A stretch of DNA of 64,000 nt, from assembly GCA_964016885.1 (NCBI GenBank), contig OZ024755.1, positions 20,026,001 to 20,090,000 on the forward strand, in the 5' to 3' direction. The notes below the pieces were generated by a model that had not been told where the DNA came from, did not search any database, and saw nothing but the letters and a program-made list of their open reading frames with translations. The position numbers were made by a program, and so were the translations under genes. Positions 54,210-64,000 of the stretch are shown here, one piece after another (positions within the stretch are counted from its first letter, which is position 1; the number at the start of each line of letters is the position of its first letter). The stretch comes from Eledone cirrhosa. Taxonomy: Eukaryota.

Positions 54210-54225
54210 CATATAATATACATAT
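52699..54225. repeat. 1.5-kb AT-rich compound microsatellite with an internal duplication
   Basis: aatcaactactggcaaaaatttcaatat... occurs at 52699 and 53017, each followed by (TA)nTAA arrays. Confidence 0.9.
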
Positions 54226-54414
54226 ACTTGCTCGATATTATATTAAATGTATGAGCGAATCACGGTCTGCCGACCATTCTCGCATCAAATGGAACAAAAG
54301 CATCGAACCCATGCTAGCGTGAAAGATGGATGTTAAACGACGATGATGGTGATGATGATGATGATGATGATGATGATGACATATATATAATATTTATATA
54401 TAACATATATTATC

Positions 54415-54824
54415 ATCATCTGGTTGAACTTGTTGAGATATTCATGAGCCAAGTACACTATCCATCATGAAGAAGCATATGTATTGAGAGGTCATTAGGG
54501 AAGCATTCTGTGTCTACATAATTGGTAGATGTAAGTTAAAGCCGGTAGGCTAACATTCTTCTGACTGCAGCTAGGTGCCAAAAGCAAAAGATCACTAACA
54601 AATTCTTGCTTTGCTCACCAGCAGTGTACTGCAAATCACATTCTTTGTTCCCACATATTGTTTATATATCAGGGATGGCACTATAGAGTAGTTCTTTAGT
54701 AGAATGCTGTGTCCATAAGATATAAGTACAGTCCTCAGCATCCGTGTACGAGTTCCATCAAGCTTCAATTCTAGTGTTTTGGGTCAGTGTCCAAGCAATG
54801 ACACCATAGATCAAGATTCAGTCT

Positions 54825-54826
<2 letters not shown>
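54415..54826 (-). mobile_element. Older RTE LINE fragment
   Basis: Minus strand ILIYGVIAWTLT...LKLDG...TRMLRTVL (with frameshifts), related to the 2693/5913 family; abuts (TA)n. Confidence 0.65.
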
Positions 54827-54864
<38 letters not shown>

Positions 54865-54869
<5 letters not shown>

Positions 54870-55065
54870 AACCAGTAAGACCCCGACAGCTGAGCTCAAG
54901 CCGTTTCGACGGCTAATTCTGGACTTAGTCCAGAATTAGCCGTCGAAACGGCTTGAGCTCAGCTGTCGGGGTCTTACTGGTTCCTATTACCCACTCTACT
55001 ACCTCAAGTATTGAGTACTTTGGTGCGTTATGGTCCACCTGGTTCCTTACCACATTTCCTTCGTT
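54865..55065. mobile_element. Foldback insertion, family A
   Basis: Perfect 61-bp arms 54865-54925 / 54927-54987 with a 1-nt loop and a 78-bp tail; TA flanks. Confidence 0.8.
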
Positions 55066-55087
55066 ATATATATATATATATATATAT

Positions 55088-55422
55088 ATTTCTTCTAGTT
55101 TATTTTACACCTAATTCTGTTTAGTTGACTGTATATCTGGTCGATTTATACATAGTCGAAATGTTCGATAAATACTCCGTCGTAACCGCCGCGAAGGCGC
55201 TGCTTTCGGTTATTTGTCGGAGATTTCTTCATAGGAGCCTTTATTCTTATAGCTTGGTCTAATTAATTTTTTATATGGTTAATTATGCTAATTGGGAGAG
55301 GAAACGGTATATGTTTTATCTAGTGATTCTATAGACATGTTTTATGATATATAGCTCTGATTATTTAATTTATTAATTTTTCATTGAGCCACAACGTGAC
55401 CCGTTGCAAAACACATATATGA

Positions 55423-55460
<38 letters not shown>

Positions 55461-55884
55461 TTTATATGTAATAATCTCCCGTTAGGTTGAGATACAATTT
55501 GGCTGTATTGGGCTGCGCTTTCTAGCAATAAGCCTACCAGCCGTAAGCAACTAATCACATCCTTTCTAACTTGACCGCTGCCACGTCACGATTCTTAGCC
55601 ATTTTTTAATGTATTCTTGGCGCGATCACTTTGGAAAATTAATTGTCTAAATTTGAGCTAACTCCTGATGAATCCGAAGCTCTAGATATCCTCTGTTATC
55701 GGATGTCTTAAAATACGGACGAAACCATGGTAGAGGTAATTAAATATGTACACATTTCTTCTAGTTTATTTTAGACCTAATTCTGTTTAGTTGACTGTAT
55801 ATCTGGTCGATTTATATATGCTGTCGAAATGTTCGATAAATACTCCGTCTTAACCGCCGCAAAGGGGCTGCTTTCGGTTATTTG
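55088..55884 (+). mobile_element. Non-coding direct-repeat element with hammerhead (Penelope-derived or retrozyme-like)
   Basis: ~130-bp direct repeats 55088-55216 and 55754-55884 (period 666); hammerhead just upstream of the second repeat. Confidence 0.7.
55662..55735 (+). ncRNA. Type I minimal hammerhead ribozyme
   Basis: cuc-CUGAUGA-a-uccg...cgga-c-GAA-ACCAUGGU-A-gag. Helix I cuc/gag, palindromic helix III, GUA site with predicted cleavage after 55732; the 10.1-11.1 pair is A-C. Confidence 0.8.
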
Positions 55885-56839
55885 AACTCAGACCATAAAG
55901 GGCTGTAACTCTTTGCTGCAAAGCATGGTGTCTGACCCTCTACCGATACTGCCAATCCACCGCCAAATAATGAAAGGTATTACAGAGTATTCCAGTAAAG
56001 ATATTCTTATACTGTGTATCCTGAACTTTCGGGTTACAAATAGACTATTAATTTACTGCAAGAAAACAGGATGCAAAACAAGACTTAGCCCAAGTTAGAC
56101 AATATATATATGGCTATGCATGTTTGTATGTTTGTTAGGCTATGTGTATGCGAGCGCAAATTTGTGTATGTTTGTGCACAAGCTCACGTATATGCACAGT
56201 TGTTTCTCAACGTGTGATATATGTGTGTGCTGTGTGAATCGCATATAAATTACAGATACTTCTGTAAGATATAGATAAGAGATATTAGGCATACTGTTTC
56301 AATACCTGTTGTAAAGAAAGGTATTGTAAACAATATATATGGCAACCATTGCCATATTTGAATGTATTTATCTTTATATCTTTCCATTCATCTATCTATG
56401 TTTGTGCTGAGTCACACGTTTGCTTCCCATGTTTTTGTTTTTGTTTTAATTTTTCATATATACATATCTAAAACAATGATATTTCAAGGATTGCCAAAGA
56501 AACACTTTATCTTGTAACATAGTTATCAGGCAAGCAATGATTCACCTAAGATGCCTCTCTACCTTGTGTGACCTAAATGACATTGAATGTTGTCCTATAT
56601 GTACTATGTCTAAAAAATTTAAAGTATTGTCATGAGTAGAATGATTTTGATAAGATATCTACATGCTGAAAGTAGACTTGCATCTGAATGCTAAAAAACA
56701 ACAGTCAAGTGGATTCCACATAGACTAATGTCATCTAGCAATTTTTTTGTACTTTATTTTATTGTGTAGTCAAGGAGGAGGGGAGAGTAGTTCTCAACAC
56801 ATCTTTTCAGGCACATGGATACTGGCAGTGGTCTCTTAA

Positions 56840-57059
56840 CCCTTTAGCATTTAAACTGGCCATATCTGGCCAGCATTCTCTCACCTCTGTTCAAACTGGT
56901 CTCATAAATGGCTGCTTATAACTTATGTTAAGGTATTGTTCACAAAATAAATAACATCAAAATCTCATAGATTCAATATTATGTGAGATAATTATACAAG
57001 ATAAAGCCTTTACCACAAAAATACAATAGTATATATAGAGTAATGTAAATGCTAAGGGG
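56840..57059. mobile_element. piggyBac-type MITE
   Basis: TTAA|ccctttagcattta ... taaatgctaagggg|TTAA. Confidence 0.8.
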
Positions 57060-57683
57060 TTAAAACCAGAAATCTGTCCCAAAACTTTGCAGCAGAGTGG
57101 ACACCATTAAATGCATTCAGAGACTACTCAATGATGAAAATATGACATGATGCAAAAGCTGGATTTAAGCTAAGAAACAAAGCTCCAGAAACAAAGCTCT
57201 TTCCTGAAAGGAAATTGTCAGATGCATTAAGAATTCCCCTAATCTGGATGTGGACCTTATTTTATCTATGCTGAAAGGATTCAAAGTGAAAGTTGACCTC
57301 AGTGGGATTTGACACAGAGCAGAGAGAGCTGGTAAAAATATTTTGTTCCAGGCTGAGAGAACTCTGTTAATTTTCCACCTTATATTTTCTTATATATTCT
57401 TTCCAAATAAACTTACCTGACATTAATCAGTTCACTATTTAGATAATTCTGTACAATTCTCTATTATGCAAAATTCACCAACATAGCTCAACATTAATGT
57501 AGCTCATAGACTAATAGAAGATACTTTCTAGCATTCACTCTACCTGCTAGAAATCATAACCACATCTTCTTCAAATTTCACTCTTAAAAACATTGAGGTT
57601 ATGGTGGCAAAGTCTACAATTTTAAGTATGGTCAACGAAGCTTGACCTGTGGCTAACAGCAACAACCATACTGTCTATAAATA

Positions 57684-57875
57684 ATAACTGTTTCTACTTT
57701 TGGCACAAGGCCAGCAAATACCCAGTACATTACTGATACATTATTTTATCAACCCTGTAAGGATGAAAGGCAAAGTTAACCTCGACGGGATTTGAACTCA
57801 GAATGGCAATGGCCGTAACTCTATGCGTCAAAGCATGGCGTCCGACCCTCTACCGACACTGCCAACCCACCGCCG
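57684..57875 (-). mobile_element. SINE family 1
   Basis: Consensus match. Confidence 0.88.
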
Positions 57876-59069
57876 TATAAATAATAACATTGCAGTGTTT
57901 GACATCGATAAGAGGTCCATAAATATATCAAAATATATTCAAAACTATACCTTCCTGCATCAGGATATATCAGTTGTCAAGTATATGTGACTTTGTTCAA
58001 AAGTTCGATCACATAGACACCGTAAAAGTTAGGAATTTAATTTTACTACTTTACTCTTGTAATTATGATTCTGTCCACAAAAGATATGCAAACTATAAAT
58101 CACGCTAAAATGACTTTGTTTAGTGTTTTGTTCAGTTGTCGCAAACCTATATACATTTATATATTTCGTTTGGAAGCCATTCAAACAAACCCATTCATAT
58201 TTCAATTTTCAGTTAATAATCAACATTGTTCTGATATTTATGACAGTTTTTCTTCTTTCTCTTGAGTCAGAACTATAGAGGATATATGACTTCCAAGAGA
58301 TTACGTCTATTGAAATTATTTTCCTTATATACTTATGATCATAAAAAAAAGACAATGCTTAAATTTTGGTGTGCAGTCAATAAAGTATTTTTCAATAAAT
58401 ATCTGACTGAACAATAATATATGAACATTTCAATATCCAATTTCAGTATAGTTATAATAAAATTAATACTATGGAATAAAGATTCCAATATCTACAGTCA
58501 GCAGTCAGTATTGTTAATGCTTTTCTTTGATGGGTGGAGGGTATTTTGTCATTGTGTTCTTTCAAAATCATTTATATGATTACTACTGATATATAGGATC
58601 TATTGAATTATCTGATAATACACAAGTGCAGTATTTCTAAATTAATATAGAGAGGCCTGGCTAAGCTGAAACCATAAGACAATTTGCTAATATGGATGAA
58701 GCAATTCAACTTCTTTTGTATCACTTATACCAAAAGAAAATGTTTGAACAAGACTTTACATTTGATAAATGTAATTTTCAAGATTCTTGATATAAAATCC
58801 ATTTTCAAGATTCTTGATATAAAATCATGTACTGAAGCTGATATTGTTGAATGAATCACTCTACCAAAAAGACATTTCCACTATTAGTTTTCATCTTTAA
58901 TATTAATTGATTTAAGACTGAAATTAATTTAAACAGTGCCAATTGAAAAGTGAAATAGAAACAGAGCATGTGTTTTTACTGGCTGAATCTGCATCAATCA
59001 GTAATATTTCCATTTTATTCTATTCCAATAACCATCGATGACTGAGTCTAAATGTTGTTGCATGATCTG

Positions 59070-59573
59070 GTAGAAATAACATACTGTTTTTAAATCACAT
59101 TTTATCCTCTTTAAAATGGAAGGATATGTTAGGTAATGCAGTCATAGTAACATCATGATATGTCCAGTTAATCAGGTAAACATGAGGCTTTTGTTGCTTG
59201 ACCTGCTAGAAATAACACACAACTATCTTTTTAAATCACATCCTATGTTCTTTAAACAGGAAGGATATGTTAGGTAATGCAGTCATAGTATCATCATGAT
59301 ATGTCCAGTTAATCAGGTAAACATGAGGCTTTTGTTGCTTGACCTGCTAGAAATAACACACAACTATCTTTTTAAATCACATCCTATGTTCTTTAAACAG
59401 GAAGGATATGTTAGGTAATGCAATCATAGTATCATCATGATATGTCCAGTTAATCAGGTAAACATGAGGCTTTTGTTGCTTGACCTGCTAGAAATAACAC
59501 ACAACTATCTTTTTAAATCACATCCTATGTTCTTTAAACAGGAAGGATATGTTAGGTAATGCAATCATAGTAC
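59070..59573. repeat. 141-bp tandem repeat (~3.5 copies) of a dispersed repeat
   Basis: ggaaggatatgttagg at 59118, 59259, 59400 and 59541; a related cctgctagaaat motif lies at 57543. Confidence 0.9.
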
Positions 59574-59607
59574 TATTGGTTGGCTAACAATTGGTATTTT
59601 CTCATGA

Positions 59608-60095
59608 TCTTCTTTTCTTCACCCACTTATTCCTGAAAAGTCCTCAAAATCTCACTCCAGTGGGTCCTGTCAGAAGCAACCATCTTCAACTGAATGCCCA
59701 AGCATGACCAGCCAAGTTCATGGATGTTATTTAACCATCTTGAATGGGGTCTACCCCTGGGTCTCCTACCTGTTGGTATTGCCCATAAAATCTGTCTAGC
59801 AATTCTTTCATATGACAGTCTATCGAAGCTGTGATCTCTCAATTCAGAGAAGTAGCAGCTCTACCTGGAGTGACTCTTTGATCTCTGAGCCACAAATATC
59901 TCCAGCAATTCTTTCCTAAGACAGTCTAACCACATGTCAGTAATATCGGAGTTGTGATCCCTCAATTTGTAGAAATAGCGGCTCTTACTGACACTCTGAT
60001 CTCTGAGTTATGCACTTTATCAAGTAATGTTACCCCAAAGACTCTTCGGAGGAACCCCATTTCCACCGCTTGTATTCGCGATCATATTCTTTGAT
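59608..60095 (-). mobile_element. RTE-like LINE 3' part (same family as 1265)
   Basis: ERIARQILWAIPTGRRPRGRPHSRWLNNIHELGW...ASDRTHW...QE*. Confidence 0.8.
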
Positions 60096-60282
60096 TATGC
60101 TCATCATCATCATTTTACGTCCGCTTTTCCCTGCTTGCAAGGGTGGGATGGGAACTGATTCTGGCTTGGATGCCCTTCCTAACACCAACCTCATTTTACA
60201 GTGAGTGCTGGGTGCTTTTTTGTCGTGGCACCTCCACGGCCACTTTGCAGTGGAATGATAGGGACCAAAGTCCCTATCATTT

Positions 60283-60420
60283 CTACAGCTGAGTAAACTG
60301 GAGCAATGTGAAATAAAGTGTCTTGCTCAAGGAAACAACACATCACCCGGTCTGAGAATTGAACTCACAACCTTTCGATTGCAAGGCCAATGTTCTAACC
60401 ACTAAGCCATGTGCCTCCAT
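60283..60420 (-). mobile_element. SINE family 2
   Basis: Reverse complement of 668-800. Confidence 0.8.
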
Positions 60421-61301
60421 GATCGATCTACTTAAATAGGTAAAACATGACACTAAACAAAAGAAACAAAAACAAGAACAACAACAGCCATGGCAAAACA
60501 ACGATAACTTACACTTAGTATTTACACTAAAACTAATACATTTTTTGTGGTAAGAAAATGTGAGATGGGGAGGGCAAGAGAGATGGAAGCAATGACAGTG
60601 GGAGTTTTGCTCCTCTGTATTCGGACCTGGTGTGCGTGTTTACTTCTATTCATTCAATATGACAGTAACTTATAATGACTGGATTTTGTGTTTATTTATT
60701 TATCATAATACATTTGATACATGCCAATGTATCATTTGATTACTATTAGTTTCTTTAGAGTTTCTAGGTGAATGTATTTGCATGTAATGGCAAATATATT
60801 AAAAGGTTGCATGATATAAAAGTAAATGTAGATATAAAATAACATTATGCATGAAACTATCATAGAAGCTATATTTTCAATTTAAAACAGATATTTTAAC
60901 ATGTCAATATTTCGTGCTCACGGCTCTTAAACTTGTTTAAAGGCCGTGAACCTGAAATATCAATAAAATACAAATAATGCCATATATTCTAAATAAATCA
61001 AATACTAATATCTGGTGATATTCTAAGATTGTTCTATTGAATACAATTTTATTTGACCTCTGACCAATGTGTGATACATTCAGGCTCATTTTATTTCCAT
61101 ACTCTGCAAAACCAAATAGTTTATTGGAAACCTTTATATGTGTAATTTTTGTCCCAAAAATAAACAACGTAAAATGTTCAAAGACAAAACTAATATATCT
61201 TCTTTTTCCCATAAAGAAACAAATTTGACAACAAAGTTCAAAACAACACAATCTAAAATGTTGTTTGAAATTAAACTTGCTACAATTGAGGTATGCGTTA
61301 A

Positions 61302-61520
61302 CCCTTTATCATTTACATTACTCTATATTTACTCTTATATTTTCATGGTAAAGGCTTTACCTCACATAATTATATTACATAATACTGAATCTATGAAATT
61401 TTGTTATTATTTATTTTGAGATCAATACCTTAAAATAAGTATGAGCAGTTTGTTATGGCCATTTGAACAGATAGGGTGAGAGAATTCTGGCAGGATATGT
61501 CCAGTTTAAGTGCTAAAGGG
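61302..61520. mobile_element. piggyBac-type MITE (inverted copy of 56840)
   Basis: TTAA|ccctttatcattta ... ttaagtgctaaaggg|TTAA. Confidence 0.78.
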
Positions 61521-62649
61521 TTAAAACTGGCTATAATAATTAAGATATCTCTACATAGAGAATGGAATGTTATCATATGATAAAAGCTAACAGCATATCA
61601 TGCTACAGGATTGAATAAATTATTAATTCACATTGGGCATTTCTATCATATTTCCATATTTGTTTTACTAAAATATATAATTGATATGTAATTCAGCAAG
61701 ATAATTTTGTTTTAACTAACTTAAGTACTAAAAAATCCCTGCTTTTAACTGATGACTTCGGAACATTTCAAATTGATATATTTCATGAAACACCCTGGGA
61801 AATGTTTCAATATTATGGGCACTTAACACCTGATAGGCTGGAGTGCCATCATGAGCAATTTAATAATGGTTATGAGCATCCCGCTCTAAAATTAACCACA
61901 ACCTATTTCTTCCATCAAGAATGACATGAATGCTTGACTAGTCCTTTACTTATTAATGATAAAAGATAAAAAGCAATGTTGACCTTGGTAGGATTTGAAC
62001 TCAGGGTATAGAGTGACGGAATGAATAGTGCAAGTTATTATATACAATGTTCTAGAAATTCTGCGGATTCAGCAGAATCTTTCTTTAATGCAAATTCTGA
62101 CAGACATTATAAAGTTGAAAGTAAGCGAGCAAATTATTCTACATTTATTAAACTGACACCAAATTCAAACTAGAACTTCAATATGTCATTACAAACTGTT
62201 CCAATTATACTTGCTACCAGAGTTTGCTCGATATCTGCAAAGAAAGTCACTAATTTTCAATCTGATATTATTTCTATCAATGGAAGTCTAGTATCAGCAT
62301 TCCATTTTATGATATTATTTTGGATACATTATGTGTATTATAATTTAGATATGTCAGAGATGATAAAAATAACTAGGAGTATTTATTTACAAGGGACGTT
62401 GATTTGATCTATGCAAAGAATGGAATTGAAATAGCTACAGAACTATAAAACATTAATGTTTCTAGCATATGAAGCAATATAACCATTGTTTTATTTTATA
62501 TTTCACCTGAAGACACATGTTTCTGTGTTATACTGTTCTAGCAAGTCAGATGATCTGGGATCATGTATTGAAACCTGACTAATTGAACCGTGAGTCATGT
62601 AAAAGTTATGGTAGCCATTATTTACTCACATACAGCATTGTATTTACTT

Positions 62650-62828
62650 GTGAATTGGGCAGTATCGGAAGAACGTCAAACATCATGCTTTGCAGCATAG
62701 CGTTATGGCCCTTTATGTTCTGAGTTCAAATCCTGCCGAGGTTAGCTTTGCCTTTCATTTTTATGTGGTCGATAAAATAAAGCACCGGGTTAATTGCTGG
62801 CCTTGTGCCAAAATAGAAACAATTATAT
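62650..62828 (+). mobile_element. SINE family 1, diverged
   Basis: Consensus match with several CpG transitions. Confidence 0.8.
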
Positions 62829-63564
62829 TTACTTCTGTCTATTTAATGAGGTTTCTATAATGTAATATATAAAAAAAATGGCGGCAGTAAAAGAGTGTCA
62901 GTAACTAGATCATAGATAGATACTGCCACTATATAAAGCAAATGTACATAACGATATGTTTGAAATCCAAATGGGAGTCAGGAACCTGACATGGTGCAAT
63001 TGGTAGGTAATCTTAATTTAGATGTAAGAATCATTTTCAGAGAGTTAAAAGCAACAGATATACTAAATCTAATGAAAACACATCCTAATTATATAGCATC
63101 TAATTAGAAAGTAATCTCATAATTAAGTGAGAAAAGGATGAGGGAGAGAGAGAGAGAGAGAGAGGGAGAGGAATAAAGTTGTATGTGTGAAAGTGGGTCC
63201 ATTAGCAATGCACTTTCTAAATTGATATACAAAGAAGACAATTGATAAATTTTAAATGTTAAAATGACGCGTTAAGTGTTATAAATAAGTTGATGAAAGG
63301 CTTTATACGTAGAATTAAACATAAATTGGTTTTCAGTAGGTAAATACTTAGTGGCAGATAATTACTTTATTTTCATATAATTATCACTTCCATTGCCTTT
63401 TTAGTTATGACTAAAACAAAATGTCTTACTCAGCATTTTAAAGCCTCCATCTAAATTCTACTAAAGTATTGCTTGTGCTTCCTTATCAACATTTCACTCT
63501 TGCACAACTAGAAATTCTACTCCCAATCCAATTATATATATATGTATATATATATTTTTATATA

Positions 63565-63786
63565 TTTCGTTTCTGAATTTGTTTAGCAAGATTCTTTATC
63601 TGAAATCGTGTGTTGAAACCGATATTGTTACACTTTGGGAGGGTCATGCTGCCAATAAGAAACACACGCACCAGAAATTTATAAATATTTAATAAATTTA
63701 ATAAATATTTAATAAATTAAATTGAAGTGAAAGCAACTGGTGCGTGTGTTTCTTATTGGCAGCATGACCCTCCCAAAGTGTAACAA

Positions 63787-63788
<2 letters not shown>
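63565..63788. mobile_element. Foldback insertion, family B
   Basis: Near-identical to 6281-6537, with a different central junction. Confidence 0.8.
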
Positions 63789-63860
<72 letters not shown>

Positions 63861-63889
63861 TGGTTACACAATAGTTAGTACACCATACC

Positions 63890-63925
63890 GAGAACAATTG
63901 TTTCACCTTAGCGGATCCTCAGCTC
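63890..63925 (-). ncRNA. 36-nt minimal hammerhead ribozyme (family D)
   Basis: gag-CUGAGGA-uccgcuaaggu-GAA-ACAAUUGU-U-cuc: helix I gag/cuc, short stem II, palindromic helix III. Confidence 0.72.
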
Positions 63926-63944
63926 CGAAGATATATATATATAT

Positions 63945-64000
63945 AGGGAAAGAGTCAGGACCTCGATGGCTGAGCTCCAGCTGTCTCGACAGCTGCATTC
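63945..64000. mobile_element. Family A relative, cut by the window edge
   Basis: Reverse complement resembles 17826-17880; follows a TA run. Confidence 0.65.

Noticed and set aside
60254-60281. 12-bp hairpin aatgatagggac-caaa-gtccctatcatt
   Set aside because: It sits at a junction between two SINE pieces and is most likely a junction by-product, not a terminator.
60937-61419. 104-aa and 93-aa ORFs in the CpG-poor region
   Set aside because: No recognisable domain or splice context; one runs into a MITE.

Overview
This is AT-rich eukaryotic animal DNA with no intact host gene. The tRNA-derived SINE families and abundant (TA)n suggest an octopus/cephalopod genome (inference). It is mostly SINEs (about 30 copies of one family), fragments of RTE, CR1, Tx1, R4/Dong and Gypsy retroelements, hAT/piggyBac/unclassified MITEs, a Helitron end, minisatellites and long (TA)n tracts. 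The most interesting layer is a group of elements inserted in (TA)n microsatellites. (1) A decayed ~1.65 kb Penelope-like element at 25656-27300 (-) has an N-terminal GIY-YIG, an RT that stops after the last palm motif, and a terminal hammerhead ribozyme (Hydra-type architecture). (2) Several further minimal hammerhead motifs have palindromic helix III, one inside a direct-repeat, retrozyme-like unit at 55088-55884. (3) Many short foldback insertions have arms that end at fixed positions. (4) One RTE LINE copy shows a twin-priming inversion. CpG drops after about 56.2 kb, which may mark a methylated gene body. All assignments were made by eye without searches, and the ends of decayed elements are approximate.
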